The translations under genes were made by a program, and so were the position numbers. Below, one piece after another: positions 1 to 14,920 of a stretch of 64,000 bases of DNA. Every line of letters begins with the position of its first letter. The first letter of the stretch is position 1. A model generated the notes under the pieces. That model was not told the DNA's origin, searched no databases, and saw only the letters and a program-made list of their open reading frames with translations. Source of the stretch: an uncultured Actinomycetota bacterium (GTDB lineage: Bacteria > Actinomycetota > Actinomycetes > JAFAQI01); contig CAVYQE010000001.1 in the NCBI GenBank assembly GCA_963770565.1, forward strand, positions 1,344,001-1,408,000. The letters are read 5' to 3'.

Positions 1-215
1 ACGATCACGCCGGCCCGGCCGTCGACGTACCAGCTGAAGGCGCGCAGCCCGACGCCGATCTGGTTGGCCGCGAGGCCGGCCCGGCCTTCGCGCGCGGTCA
101 CCGTGTCGATCAGGTCGGTGCACAGCGCGGCGAGCGAGCCGTCGAAACCGGTCACCTCGTCGCACGGCGTCCGCAGGATCGGGTCGCCCCACTGCCGGAT
201 CGCGCGCTCGGCCAT
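1..215 (-). CDS. def: Peptide deformylase (5' part; runs off the window)
   Basis: Manual translation MAERAIRQWGDPILRTPCDEV...GRAGLAANQIG contains the N-terminal GDPxL motif and PDF motif 1 (GxGLAAxQ). Confidence 0.85.
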   Translation of the reverse strand, partial: MAERAIRQWGDPILRTPCDEVTGFDGSLAALCTDLIDTVTAREGRAGLAANQIGVGLRAFSWYVDGRAGVI

Positions 216-278
216 CCGATGATTCTCACCCGTTGACCGGCGCAATCCCGGTTGCGCGTTCCTGACAGACTTGGCGTC

Positions 279-1787
279 ATGACCACGACGCTTGCCGCGT
301 ACGACGAGGTGCTGAGCCGCTACGACCCGGTGTTCGGGCTGGAGACCCATGTCGAGCTCGGCACCCAGACGAAGCTGTTCTGCGGGTGCTCGACCGCCTT
401 CGGCGCACCCCCGAACACCCACGTCTGCCCGGTCTGCCTCGGCCTGCCGGGATCGCTGCCGGTGACCAACGAGGTCGCGATCGAGTCGACGATCCGGATC
501 GGGCTGGCGCTGCACTGCGAGATCGCGACCTGGTGCCGCTTCGCGCGCAAGAACTACTTCTATCCAGACATGCCCAAGGACTACCAGGTCAGCCAGTACG
601 ACGAGCCGCTGTGCACCGACGGCTACCTCGATGTGTCCGTCGACGGCGAGATTTACCGGGTCGAGATCGAGCGGGTGCACCTCGAGGAGGACACCGGCAA
701 GTCGTCGCACGTCGGCGGCATGACCGGCCGGATCCACGGCGCGACCCACTCCCTCGTCGACTACAACCGGGCCGGCATCCCGCTGGTCGAGATCGTCACC
801 AGGCCGGTGACCGGTACCGGGTCGCAGGTGGCGGCCGTCGCGCGGGCTTATGTGACCGAGCTCCGTGACGTGCTTCGCGACCTCGGGGTCTCCGACGTAC
901 GGATGGAGCAGGGCTCGTTGCGCTGCGACGTCAACCTGTCGCTGATGCCGTCAGGCACGAGCGAGCTCGGCACCCGGAGCGAGACCAAGAACGTCAACTC
1001 GTTGCGGTCCGTCGAAGTCGCGGTCAGGCACGAGGTGGAGCGGCAAGGCGCGCTGCTCGACGCCGGCGAACGCGTGGTCCAGGAGACCCGGCACTTCCAC
1101 GAGGACAGCGGGACGACCAGCCCGGGCCGGAGCAAGGAGGAAGCACAGGACTACCGCTACTTCCCGGAGCCCGACCTGGTCCCGCTCGCGCCGCCCCGCG
1201 ACCAGGTCGAGCGGATCCGGGCCTCGCTACCCGAGCCCCCGAGCGTGCGGCGGGCCCGGTTCGCCGAGGCGAACGGCTTCACCCCGCTCGACATCGAGCA
1301 GATGACCAACGCCGGCATCCTCGACCTGGTTGAGGCCACGATCGCGGCCGGCGTCGCGCCCACCAAGGCGAAGGGCTGGTGGCTGGGCTACCTGGTGGGT
1401 GCTGCGATCGAGCGCGGAGCCGAGGTCGACCAGCTCGCGATCGGACCGGCCGAGGTGGCCCGCTTGAGCGAGCTCGAGGACGACGGCAGCCTGACGAACA
1501 AGCTGGCCCGCCAGGTCGTCGACGCCGTACTCGGGGGCGAAGGTGACATCGACACGGTGATCGCCGCCCACGGCTGGCAGGTGGCCGGCGAGGACGAGCT
1601 GGTCAGTGCCGTCGACACCGCGATCACCGGTCAGGCCGACGTTGCGCAGAAGGTCCGCGAGGGCAACCTCGGCGCGATCGGCCCACTGGTGGGCGCGGTC
1701 ATGAAGGCGACCGGCGGCACCGCGGACGCCAAGCGGGCCCGGGAACTGCTGCTCGAGCGGCTGGGCCAGCCCGGCTCCGACAAGTGA
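279..1787 (+). CDS. gatB: Asp/Glu-tRNA amidotransferase subunit B
   Basis: [43 protein letters not shown] motifs; ATG at 279 preferred. Confidence 0.97.
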   Translation: MTTTLAAYDEVLSRYDPVFGLETHVELGTQTKLFCGCSTAFGAPPNTHVCPVCLGLPGSLPVTNEVAIESTIRIGLALHCEIATWCRFARKNYFYPDMPKDYQVSQYDEPLCTDGYLDVSVDGEIYRVEIERVHLEEDTGKSSHVGGMTGRIHGATHSLVDYNRAGIPLVEIVTRPVTGTGSQVAAVARAYVTELRDVLRDLGVSDVRMEQGSLRCDVNLSLMPSGTSELGTRSETKNVNSLRSVEVAVRHEVERQGALLDAGERVVQETRHFHEDSGTTSPGRSKEEAQDYRYFPEPDLVPLAPPRDQVERIRASLPEPPSVRRARFAEANGFTPLDIEQMTNAGILDLVEATIAAGVAPTKAKGWWLGYLVGAAIERGAEVDQLAIGPAEVARLSELEDDGSLTNKLARQVVDAVLGGEGDIDTVIAAHGWQVAGEDELVSAVDTAITGQADVAQKVREGNLGAIGPLVGAVMKATGGTADAKRARELLLERLGQPGSDK

Positions 1788-1812
1788 GAGCGGACCAGAC
1801 CGCATACTCTTC

Positions 1813-3489
1813 ATGATCGTGGACCGGAAGCCTCGCAGCAGAGACGTTACTGACGGATACGAGCGGGCCCCGGCGCGGGCGATGCTCCGCGCGGTCGGCC
1901 TCACCGACGACGACTGGGACAAGCCGCAGATCGGCGTCGCGTCGTCGTGGAACGAGATCACCCCGTGCAACCTCTCCCTCGACCGGCTGGCGAAGCGGGC
2001 GAAGGACGGAGTCCGGCAAGCCGGCGGGGTGCCGCTGGAGTTCGGCACGATCTCGGTGTCGGACGGCATCTCGATGGGCCACGAGGGGATGCACGCGTCT
2101 CTGGTCTCGCGCGAGGTGATCGCCGACTCGGTCGAGACGGTGATGTTCGCCGAGCGGTTCGACGGCTCGGTTCTGCTCGCGGGATGCGACAAGTCGCTGC
2201 CGGGCATGTTGATGGCGGCCGCCCGGCTCGACCTCGCCGCGGTGTTCCTGTACGCCGGCACCAGCCTGCCCGGCCGGATCGACGATCGGGACCTCACCAT
2301 CGTCGACGCGTTCGAGGCGGTCGGGGCCTGCGCATTGGGGCGGATCACCGAGACCGAGCTCGGCGAGATCGAGCGCAAGACCTGCCCGGGCGAAGGTGCC
2401 TGCGCCGGCATGTTCACCGCCAACACGATGGCCAGCGCGGCCGAGGCGTTGGGCATGTCGCTGCCCGGCAGTGCGGCTCCGCCGGCAGTCGACCGGCGTC
2501 GTGACGACTTCGCGATTCGATCGGGCCAGGCCGTGGTCGGGTTGCTCGGGGAAGGCATCACGGCCCGGCAGATCATGACCCGCGAAGCGTTCGAGAACGC
2601 GATCACCGTCGTGATGGCACTGGGCGGCTCGACCAACGCGGTCCTGCACCTGCTGGCGATCGCCAACGAAGCTCAGGTCGAGCTGACCCTCGACGACTTC
2701 AACCGAATTGGCGACCGCACCCCGCACCTTGCCGATGTGAAGCCGTTCGGCCGGTACGTGATGAGCGACATCGACAAGGTCGGCGGAATCCCGGTTGTCA
2801 TGCGGGCGCTGCTCCATGCCGGCCTGCTCAACGCCGACTGCCTGACCGTCACCGGGCGGACCGTCGCTGAGAACCTCGACGACATCGCTCCGGCCGCACC
2901 CGATGGCGCGGTGATCCACGCGATGGCCGACCCGATCCACGCAACCGGTGGCCTGGTCATCCTGCGGGGCTCGCTCGCCCCGGACGGCGCCGTGGTCAAG
3001 ACCGCCGGCTTCGACACCGCGGTCTTCGAAGGCACCGCGCGGGTCTTCGACACCGAGCGGCCGGCGATGGACGCGGTCACCAGCGGTGCGCTCAAGGCCG
3101 GCGATGTGGTCGTGATCCGGTACGAAGGGCCTCGGGGTGGCCCCGGGATGCGCGAGATGCTCGCGGTGACCGGCGCGATCAAGGGCGCCGGGCTCGGCAA
3201 GGACGTGCTGCTGCTGACCGACGGCCGCTTCTCCGGCGGTACGACGGGGCTTTGTGTCGGCCACGTCGCCCCGGAGGCTACCGATGGCGGGCCGATCGGG
3301 CTGGTTCGCGACGGCGACCCGATCCGGCTCGACGTGCCCGCGCGCCGGCTCGACCTGCTGGTCGACGAGGCCGAGCTCGAGCGCCGCCGGGCCGAGTGGT
3401 CGGCGCCGGCGCCGCGCTATCCGACCGGGGTGTTCGGCAAGTACGTGAAGCTGGTCGGCTCGGCAGCCCAGGGCGCAGTGTGCGGATGA
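1813..3489 (+). CDS. ilvD: Dihydroxy-acid dehydratase
   Basis: [38 protein letters not shown] motifs. Confidence 0.97.
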   Translation: MIVDRKPRSRDVTDGYERAPARAMLRAVGLTDDDWDKPQIGVASSWNEITPCNLSLDRLAKRAKDGVRQAGGVPLEFGTISVSDGISMGHEGMHASLVSREVIADSVETVMFAERFDGSVLLAGCDKSLPGMLMAAARLDLAAVFLYAGTSLPGRIDDRDLTIVDAFEAVGACALGRITETELGEIERKTCPGEGACAGMFTANTMASAAEALGMSLPGSAAPPAVDRRRDDFAIRSGQAVVGLLGEGITARQIMTREAFENAITVVMALGGSTNAVLHLLAIANEAQVELTLDDFNRIGDRTPHLADVKPFGRYVMSDIDKVGGIPVVMRALLHAGLLNADCLTVTGRTVAENLDDIAPAAPDGAVIHAMADPIHATGGLVILRGSLAPDGAVVKTAGFDTAVFEGTARVFDTERPAMDAVTSGALKAGDVVVIRYEGPRGGPGMREMLAVTGAIKGAGLGKDVLLLTDGRFSGGTTGLCVGHVAPEATDGGPIGLVRDGDPIRLDVPARRLDLLVDEAELERRRAEWSAPAPRYPTGVFGKYVKLVGSAAQGAVCG

Positions 3490-3502
3490 GCGCAGGGTGC
3501 CG

Positions 3503-4051
3503 ATGAGCAAAGTGCACGAGGACGGCATCGGGCCGCGCCTGCGGGCCTGGATCGAGGCCCAGCACATGTTCTTCGTCGGGACCGCGCCGCTGGCCCCCGA
3601 CGGTCACATCAACATCTCGCCGCGGGGCACGCCCGGCACGTTCGCGGTGCTCGACGAGCGCACGGTTGCCTGGGTCGACCTCACCGGGAGCGGGACGGAG
3701 ACAATCGCCCACCTGCGTGAGAACGGCCGGATTGTCGTGATGTTCTGCGGCTTCGAGGGCCCGCCGCAGACCGTTCGGCTGCACGGCCGAGGGCGGGTCG
3801 TCGTACCGGCGGACCCCGAATGGGGCGCGCTGTCGGAGCGGTTCGCCGCCAAGCGAGGCGCCCGGGCGATCGTGGTCGTCGACGTGAGCCGGGCGAGCGA
3901 CTCCTGTGGCTTCTCGATCCCGCGGTTCGACTTCGTCGATGACCGCGACCTGCTGGATCGCTGGACCGAGAACAAGGACGACGCCGACCTGGCCGACTAC
4001 CGGGCCACCCGCAACGCCGAAAGCATCGACGGCCTCCCGGCGCTTCCTTGA
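3503..4051 (+). CDS. Pyridoxamine 5'-phosphate oxidase-family FMN-binding protein
   Basis: FFVGTAPL..GHINISPRG, DLTGSGxETIAHLRENGRI, SCGF pattern of this family. Confidence 0.8.
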   Translation: MSKVHEDGIGPRLRAWIEAQHMFFVGTAPLAPDGHINISPRGTPGTFAVLDERTVAWVDLTGSGTETIAHLRENGRIVVMFCGFEGPPQTVRLHGRGRVVVPADPEWGALSERFAAKRGARAIVVVDVSRASDSCGFSIPRFDFVDDRDLLDRWTENKDDADLADYRATRNAESIDGLPALP

Positions 4052-4064
4052 CGCGGGGGCTTTC

Positions 4065-4093
4065 TTGACAGGCAGCCAGGCGTAGTCCACCGT
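4065..4093 (+). promoter_or_regulatory. sigmaA-type promoter of the ilvB leader
   Basis: TTGACA (4065-4070), 17 bp, CACCGT (4088-4093); leader GTG follows after 6 nt. Confidence 0.6.
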
Positions 4094-4099
4094 TGATAC

Positions 4100-4132
4100 G
4101 TGCGGCGAATTCTCGTACCCCGGAGCACGTGA
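4100..4132 (+). CDS. ilvB attenuator leader peptide MRRILVPRST
   Basis: GTG CGG CGA ATT CTC GTA CCC CGG AGC ACG TGA: consecutive Ile-Leu-Val codons ahead of a terminator and ilvB. Confidence 0.8.
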   Translation: MRRILVPRST

Positions 4133-4154
4133 TCTGATCATTGGATCGCGTGCC

Positions 4155-4186
4155 GCCCCTCAGCGCTTTTGCGCGAGGGGCTTTTT
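4155..4186 (+). terminator. Attenuator terminator upstream of ilvB
   Basis: GCCCCTC...GAGGGGC stem followed by TTTTT; competing helix 4122-4134 with 4144-4157. Confidence 0.8.
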
Positions 4187-4225
4187 GATGCAGGCAGACC
4201 CTAGGCAAGCAGAGCGGCTGGAGTG

Positions 4226-5993
4226 ATGAACGTGGAGCGGCTGACAGGCGCGCAGGCGATGGTGCGGGCGCTGGAGGAACTCGACGCCCGGGTGGTGTTC
4301 GGCATCCCGGGTGGCGCGATCCTGCCGGCGTACGACCCGTTGTACGACTCGGTCAAGGTCCGCCACATCCTGGTCCGGCACGAGCAAGGGGCCGGCCACG
4401 CCGCGACCGGCTACGCCCAGGCGACCGGCCGGGTCGGGGTCTGCATGGCCACCAGCGGACCGGGCGCGACCAACCTGGTCACCCCGATCGCGGACGCCTA
4501 CATGGACTCGGTGCCGCTGGTCGCGATCACCGGTCAGGTGCCCTCCGCCGCGATCGGCACGGACGCCTTTCAGGAGGCCGACATCTGCGGCATCACGATG
4601 CCGATCACCAAGCACAACTTCCTGGTCCAGCGCGCCGAGGACATCCCGCGCACGCTTGCCGAGGCGTTCCACATTGCTTCGACCGGACGGCCGGGCCCGG
4701 TGCTCGTCGACATCGCGAAGGACGCGCTGGTCGCCCAGACCGACTTCGTCTGGCCGGTCGAGATGCACCTGCCCGGCTACCGGCCGGCCGCCAAGCCGCA
4801 CGGCAAGCAGGTGCGCGAGGCGGCCCGGCTGATCATCGAGGCCGAGCGGCCGGTGCTCTACGTCGGTGGCGGCGTGCTCAAGGCGCACGCGACCGATGAG
4901 CTCCGGGTGCTGGCCGAGCTCACCGGCGTGCCGGTCGTCACGACCCTGATGGCCCGCGGGGCGTTCCCGGACTCCCACACCCAGCACCTCGGCATGCCTG
5001 GCATGCACGGCAGCGTGTCGGCCGTGACCGCCTTGCAGCGATCGGACCTGCTGATCACCCTTGGTGCCCGCTTCGACGACCGGGTGACCGGCAAGCTCTC
5101 GTCGTTCGCGCCCGACGCGACGGTGATCCACGCCGACATCGACCCGGCCGAGATCTCGAAGAACCGTACGGCGGACGTGCCGATCGTCGGCGACGTACGC
5201 GAGGTGATCGCCGACCTGATCCTGGCGATCCAGGCCGAGCACGCCGACGGCAACCGCGGCGACTACACCGCATGGTGGAAGCAGTGCAACGGCTGGCGGA
5301 GCACCTACCCGCTGGGCTACGACGAGGAGAGCGACGGCTCGCTCGCGCCTCAGTACGTCATCGAGCGGCTGGGCAAGATCTGCGGGCCTTCGACGGTCGT
5401 GGTCGCGGGGGTCGGCCAGCACCAGATGTGGGCGTCGCAGTTCATCTCCTACGAGCAGCCGTACACCTGGATCAACTCCGGCGGCCTTGGCACGATGGGT
5501 TTCGCCGTACCGGCCGCGATGGGGGCCAAGGTCGGCCGGCCCGACGCCCTGGTCTGGGCGATCGACGGCGACGGCTGCTTCCAGATGACCAACCAGGAGC
5601 TGACCACCTGCGCGATCGAGGGCATCCCGATCAAGGTCGCGGTGATCAACAACCAGTCGCTCGGCATGGTGCGGCAGTGGCAGACGCTGTTCTACGACAG
5701 CCGCTACTCCAACACCGACCTGTCGTCCGGCCACTCGAAGTACCTGCCGGACATCGTGATGCTCGCGGAGGCGATGGGCTGCGTCGGGCTGCGCTGCGAG
5801 AAGGCCGAGGACGTCGACGCGACGATCGAGAAAGCGATGTCGATCAACGACGCGCCGGTCGTCGTCGACTTCGTGGTCGGCAAGGACGCGATGGTCTGGC
5901 CCATGGTGGCGGCCGGTACGTCCAACGACGACATCAAGATCGCCCGCGAGACCGCCCCGGACTTCGAGTACGAAATGGGCGAGGTGGTCGGTG

Positions 5994-6001
<8 letters not shown>
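4226..6001 (+). CDS. ilvB: Acetolactate synthase large subunit
   Basis: [33 protein letters not shown] motif. Confidence 0.97.
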
Positions 6002-7522
<1,521 letters not shown>

Positions 7523-7542
7523 CCGTCAGTAGGGTTGGCGTC

Positions 7543-9138
7543 GTGCCCAGGCCCGTCGTCGTCGTCGCTGAGGAGCTCGCTCCGGCTGCGCTTGCCGTGC
7601 TGGCCGAGGACGGCGAGGTCCGGCAGGTCGACGGCGCGGATCGGGTCGCGCTGCTGGCCGCGTTGGCCGACGCTGACGCGGTCATCGTGCGGAGCGCGAC
7701 CCAGGTCGACGCCGAGGCGCTGGCTGCGGGTGAGCGGCTCAAGGTGGTCGCCCGCGCCGGGATCGGCCTCGACAACGTCGACGTCGAGGCAGCCACCGCG
7801 CGCGGCGTGCTGGTCGTCAATGCGCCGGTTTCCAACATCGTCTCGGCCGCCGAGCATGCGGTCGCGCTGCTGCTCGCGACCGCGCGCAACATCCCGGCCG
7901 CCAACGCGAGCCTCAAGTCGGGCGAGTGGTTACGCAGCTCGTTCACCGGCACCGAGATCGCCGACAAAACCGTCGGCGTCGTCGGCCTCGGCCGGATCGG
8001 CGCGTTGTTCGCCGCCCGGATGGCCGGTTTCGGCGTACGGCTGCTCGCCTACGACCCATACGTGCCGGCCGCCCGGGCGGCCCAGATCGGCGTCCAGCTC
8101 GCCACCCTCGACCAGCTGCTGCGCGAGAGCGACTTCATCTCGATCCACCTGCCCAAGACCCCCGAGACCCGAGGGCTGATCGGCGAGCGCGAGCTGGCCC
8201 TGGTCAAGCCGGGCGCGATCCTGGTCAACGCCGCACGGGGCGGGCTGGTCGACGAGCACGCGCTGGCCCAGGCGCTGAAGGAGGGCCGGATCGCCGGCGC
8301 CGCGATCGACGTCTTCGCGACCGAGCCGTGCACCTCCTCGCCGCTGTTCGCGGAGCCGAACGCGGTTGTCACGCCGCACCTCGGCGCGTCCACGGCGGAG
8401 GCCCAGGACAAAGCCGGACTCGCGGTCGCCAAGTCGGTCAAGCTGGCGCTGGCCGGGGAGTTCGTGCCGGACGCGGTCAATGTCCAAGCCGGCGGGATCG
8501 TCGAGGAGGAGGTGCGGCCCAGCCTCCCGCTGGTCGAGCGACTCGGCCGGCTGCTCACCGCGTTGGCCGGCGGCGTGCCGGCGAACCTCACCGTCGACAT
8601 CAAGGGCGAGGTTGCGGCGTACGACGTGTCGGTGCTGCAGCTCGCTGCGCTGCGCGGGATCTTCACCGATGTGGTCGAGGAACAGGTCACCTTCGTCAAC
8701 GCGCCGCTACTGGCTGCGGAACGAGGGGTCGGTGTCAGCCTGGTGACCAGCGAGAACAGCCCGGACTACCGCAACGTGCTGACGGTGCGTGGCGCGATGG
8801 CCGACGGCCGGGTCGTGTCGGTCGGCGGAAACCTCACCGGGCCGCGGCTGGTGCAGAAGCTGGTCGAGATCAACGGCTTCGACATCGAGGTCGCGCTGAA
8901 CGAGCACATGGTCTTCGTGACGTACGCCGACCGGCCGGGCGTCGTCGGCATCGTCGGCCAACAGCTCGGCCAAGCCGGGGTCAACATTGCCGGCATGCAG
9001 GTCTCCCGGACCGCCGAGGGCGGCGCGGCGCTGATGGTGATGACGGTCGACTCGGCGATCCCGCCCGCCACGCTTGACGAGATCGGCACGGCGGTCGGTG
9101 CCTCAGAGATCCGCGCGGCGTACCTCCCGGAGGACTGA
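7543..9138 (+). CDS. serA: D-3-phosphoglycerate dehydrogenase
   Basis: RAGIGLDN, GLGRIG, NAARG, TPHLGAST and C-terminal ACT domain; GTG at 7543 after TAGGGT. Confidence 0.95.
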   Translation: MPRPVVVVAEELAPAALAVLAEDGEVRQVDGADRVALLAALADADAVIVRSATQVDAEALAAGERLKVVARAGIGLDNVDVEAATARGVLVVNAPVSNIVSAAEHAVALLLATARNIPAANASLKSGEWLRSSFTGTEIADKTVGVVGLGRIGALFAARMAGFGVRLLAYDPYVPAARAAQIGVQLATLDQLLRESDFISIHLPKTPETRGLIGERELALVKPGAILVNAARGGLVDEHALAQALKEGRIAGAAIDVFATEPCTSSPLFAEPNAVVTPHLGASTAEAQDKAGLAVAKSVKLALAGEFVPDAVNVQAGGIVEEEVRPSLPLVERLGRLLTALAGGVPANLTVDIKGEVAAYDVSVLQLAALRGIFTDVVEEQVTFVNAPLLAAERGVGVSLVTSENSPDYRNVLTVRGAMADGRVVSVGGNLTGPRLVQKLVEINGFDIEVALNEHMVFVTYADRPGVVGIVGQQLGQAGVNIAGMQVSRTAEGGAALMVMTVDSAIPPATLDEIGTAVGASEIRAAYLPED

Positions 9139-9140
9139 GC

Positions 9141-10001
9141 GTGCGCGACTCCTCCGTCGTTGTCCATGTCGATGCCCGCGACGGCACCCGGCTGGGTATG
9201 CACGTGTTCGGCAGCGGGCCGCCGCTGGTCTGCGTGCCGGGCGGTCCCGGCCGGGCGTCGGAGTACCTCGAGGACCTTGCCGGCCTGTCGCGCGACTTCA
9301 CCTTGCTGCGCTTCGACCTGCGCGGCACCGGGGTCTCCGAGCTACCGGAGGACCGCGACTCGCTGTCGTTCCCTCGGCTCGCCGACGACATCGAGGACAT
9401 CCGGATCGCCCGCGGCCTCGACACCATCGACCTGCTCGCGCACTCGGCCGGCTGCTTCGTCGCCCTGGTGTACGCCGCCCGCCATCCGGACCGGCTGTCG
9501 CGACTGATTCTGGTGACGCCGTCGGCGCGCGGGTTCGGTGACATCGGCGACGACATCGAGCGGATCCGGGCCAGCCGGTCGAGCGAGCCGTGGTATCCGG
9601 CCGCGGCCGCGGTCGAAGCGGAGATCGCGCACCTGCCGGCGCATCGGCGCAACCGGGTCGACCGCGACCTGCGGGTGTTCGGCTACGGCCGCTGGGACGA
9701 GCGCGCCCAGGCGCACGCCGCCTCGACCGACGGCCAGATGTCGTTGCGGGCGATGGCGGCTTTCGCGTCCGAGTCGTTCCGGTCCGAGGGCCAGTCGTTC
9801 CTCGACGCATTGCGCGCTGTGAAGGCGCCGACGCTGGTGATCGTCGGCGACCTCGACGGGCTCACCGGCGTCAAAGCCGGCCACATCGTCGCCGGCTGCC
9901 TGCCGAACGCGACCGTGGTCGAGATCCCCGATGCCGCCCACTACCCATGGGTCGACACCCCCGATCAGTTCAGAGAGACAGTCGCTCAATTCCTTCGGTG
10001 A
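9141..10001 (+). CDS. Alpha/beta hydrolase (proline iminopeptidase-like)
   Basis: PGGPG, DLRGTG, AHSAG nucleophile elbow, GDLD, C-terminal HYPW. Confidence 0.85.
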   Translation: MRDSSVVVHVDARDGTRLGMHVFGSGPPLVCVPGGPGRASEYLEDLAGLSRDFTLLRFDLRGTGVSELPEDRDSLSFPRLADDIEDIRIARGLDTIDLLAHSAGCFVALVYAARHPDRLSRLILVTPSARGFGDIGDDIERIRASRSSEPWYPAAAAVEAEIAHLPAHRRNRVDRDLRVFGYGRWDERAQAHAASTDGQMSLRAMAAFASESFRSEGQSFLDALRAVKAPTLVIVGDLDGLTGVKAGHIVAGCLPNATVVEIPDAAHYPWVDTPDQFRETVAQFLR

Positions 10002-10045
10002 CCGGGTCGCTCAGGTGGGTCACCCGATTGGCCGATACGGGCTAG

Positions 10046-10884
10046 GTGACCGATGTTGCGCTCACGCCCGGCTGGGTGTGTGTCGGCTGCCGCGCGCGGG
10101 TGGCGATGGCGGCAGACGTCTGCACCTCGTGCGGGCGGGCCTTTGCCGAGGGCCTGGCGCTCGCGCCGGCCCGACCGCAGCGGCGGGTAAGTCGCGACTG
10201 GCCGATGATCCTGCGCGACTTCATCGTGCTCAACATCCTGTTCATCGTCTGGCGGGTCGTCGGCCGGGTCTCGCTGTTTCACGAGGCGGGCGCGTTCGGC
10301 CGCGGCCACTGGGTCTGGAACCTCGAACGGACCCTGCATCTGCCCAACGAGGCGACCCTGCAGCGGCAGATCCTGTCGCACGTCACGCTGTCGAAGATCT
10401 GCAACGGCTATTACGAGTACGCGCACGCCCCGCTGCTCGCGGCGACCCTGATCTGGCTGCTCTGGCGGCACCGCGACGTCTACCCGCGTTGGCGCAACCT
10501 GGTCGTTGCCTTCACCGGCGTCTCGTTGCTGATCGGGTTGCTCCCGGTCGCACCGCCGCGGCTGATCCCGAGTTTCGGCATGGTCGATCTCGCCGACCGC
10601 TACCACCAGTCGGTCTACAGCGCCCTCGGCAAGGGCATCACCGACCAGCTGTCGTCGATCCCTTCGGTGCACGTCGGCTGGGCGGTGATTGTGGCCGCGG
10701 CGATCATCTCGGTGAGCACGAGCCGGTGGCGCTGGCTCGCCCTCCTGCACCCGATCCTCACGTCGTACGTCATCGTCGTGACCGCCAACCACTACTGGCT
10801 CGACGGGATCGCCGCGGTTGCGCTGCTCGGCGTGATCGTCGCCGTCCGCAGCCGGTGGCAGGCCCGCCTGGTACCGTTGTCGCA

Positions 10885-10888
<4 letters not shown>
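10046..10888 (+). CDS. PAP2-superfamily (Aur1/IPC synthase-like) membrane protein with N-terminal Zn ribbon
   Basis: PVAPPRL, PSVH, TANHYWLD motifs; N-terminal CVGC...CTSC. Confidence 0.8.
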
Positions 10889-13628
<2,740 letters not shown>

Positions 13629-13666
13629 GTTCCGGCCGGAATCGGCCGTCACCTGATCGTTAACTC

Positions 13667-14827
13667 TCAGGTCCGATGGACTTCGATTCGGCCTTGGGCG
13701 TTGCGGGTGATGGCCCAGTTGGTGTGGTGGACGAGCCAGTGGTGGAACATGCACAGATAGGCGCAGTTGTGAAGGTCGGTGCGACCGAGGTGCTCCCAGT
13801 AGTCGAGATGGTGCAGCTGGCAGCGGTCGAGCCCGGCTTGGCAGTCCGGGAACACGCAGCCGCGGTCGCGGAGTGCGGCGGCGCGGCGCTGGGCCCGGCT
13901 GAAGCTGCGCGGGGAGCGGCCGAGGTCGAGGATCTCGGATGGCCCGCCGAGCACGGCCGGGATCCAGCCGGCGTCGCAGGCGAGGCGTCGCGCGATGTTG
14001 GGCGTGATCGGCTGGCCGTTGAGCGTCGCGGGCGGCACGTCGCTCTGGGCTAGCCCGTCGCGAAGCTCGGACCAGTCGATGCTGACGATCAGCTGCGGCC
14101 GGTCGCCGCCGTGGTCCGGCAGGGTGCCGCCGGCGAGCGCGAGGCGGGCGAGCTCGACCACGGCGTCGGCGTATCGCTGCCGGGCGGTGCGGTCGTCCTC
14201 GGATCCGGTCGACTTGATCAACGGTGCGAAGGCGGCGCCGAGGGTGGCGGCAGACTCGGGGTCGAGCATCCCGCTGACGCTGGTCATGCCGTCGAAGGTC
14301 GAGGAGAGGGTGAGCCAGCGGTCGGCGTATTTGCGTTGCGCCGCGGCCTCCTCGTCCTCGTCGGCGCCCGAGCGGATCCGGACCTGCTGGCAGAGTTGGC
14401 CGAGCAGGCGTGGGTCGTGGTCGCGGGCGAACTCAAGGAGCTCGGGTCCGGCTGCGGTCCGCCAGCCGGGGTCGAGCTGGCCGAGGCAGCCGAGCAGGAC
14501 CTTGGCGTGGTCATGGTTGATCTCACCGGCGATCAACGCGGCCGCGACCTCGGGTCGAGCCGGCAGCTGGCGGGCGACCCACATCCGGCGAGCCGCATCA
14601 GCGGGCGCGAGGTACTGCTCCTCGATCAGCCAGGACTTGGCGGTCCGGGCGCATTCGGCCACGGTGACGTCGCGCGCTTCAAGGGCTTGCAGCCTCAGCG
14701 AGATCAGCCCATCCAGCCGGGCCTGGGCCTGGAGCAGCATCTCGGTCTCACACAGCAGGGTCGGCTCGGCCAGGTCGTGCACGTCGACAGTGGCGAGCGC
14801 GTCGATCGCCGACAGCAGCTCTGACAT
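13667..14827 (-). CDS. DUF222-domain HNH endonuclease (13E12/REP13E12-like family)
   Basis: DDRTARQRYADA, RRLACDA, LDLGR, RDRGCVFPDC...CQLHH...GRTDLHNCAYLCMFHH. Confidence 0.9.
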   Translation of the reverse strand: MSELLSAIDALATVDVHDLAEPTLLCETEMLLQAQARLDGLISLRLQALEARDVTVAECARTAKSWLIEEQYLAPADAARRMWVARQLPARPEVAAALIAGEINHDHAKVLLGCLGQLDPGWRTAAGPELLEFARDHDPRLLGQLCQQVRIRSGADEDEEAAAQRKYADRWLTLSSTFDGMTSVSGMLDPESAATLGAAFAPLIKSTGSEDDRTARQRYADAVVELARLALAGGTLPDHGGDRPQLIVSIDWSELRDGLAQSDVPPATLNGQPITPNIARRLACDAGWIPAVLGGPSEILDLGRSPRSFSRAQRRAAALRDRGCVFPDCQAGLDRCQLHHLDYWEHLGRTDLHNCAYLCMFHHWLVHHTNWAITRNAQGRIEVHRT

Positions 14828-14854
14828 CGATCGCACCCCCGGTATGTGATGTCT

Positions 14855-14920
14855 CAGGACATCGGTGACAGTTCTGCATCAGGACATCGGTGACGGTTGA
14901 TGTGTCAGGACTTCGGTGAC
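14855..14920. repeat. Three subterminal repeats CAGGACWTCGGTGAC in the IS end
   Basis: Copies at 14855, 14880 and 14906; two inverted variants at the other end (about 16240-16280). Confidence 0.85.
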
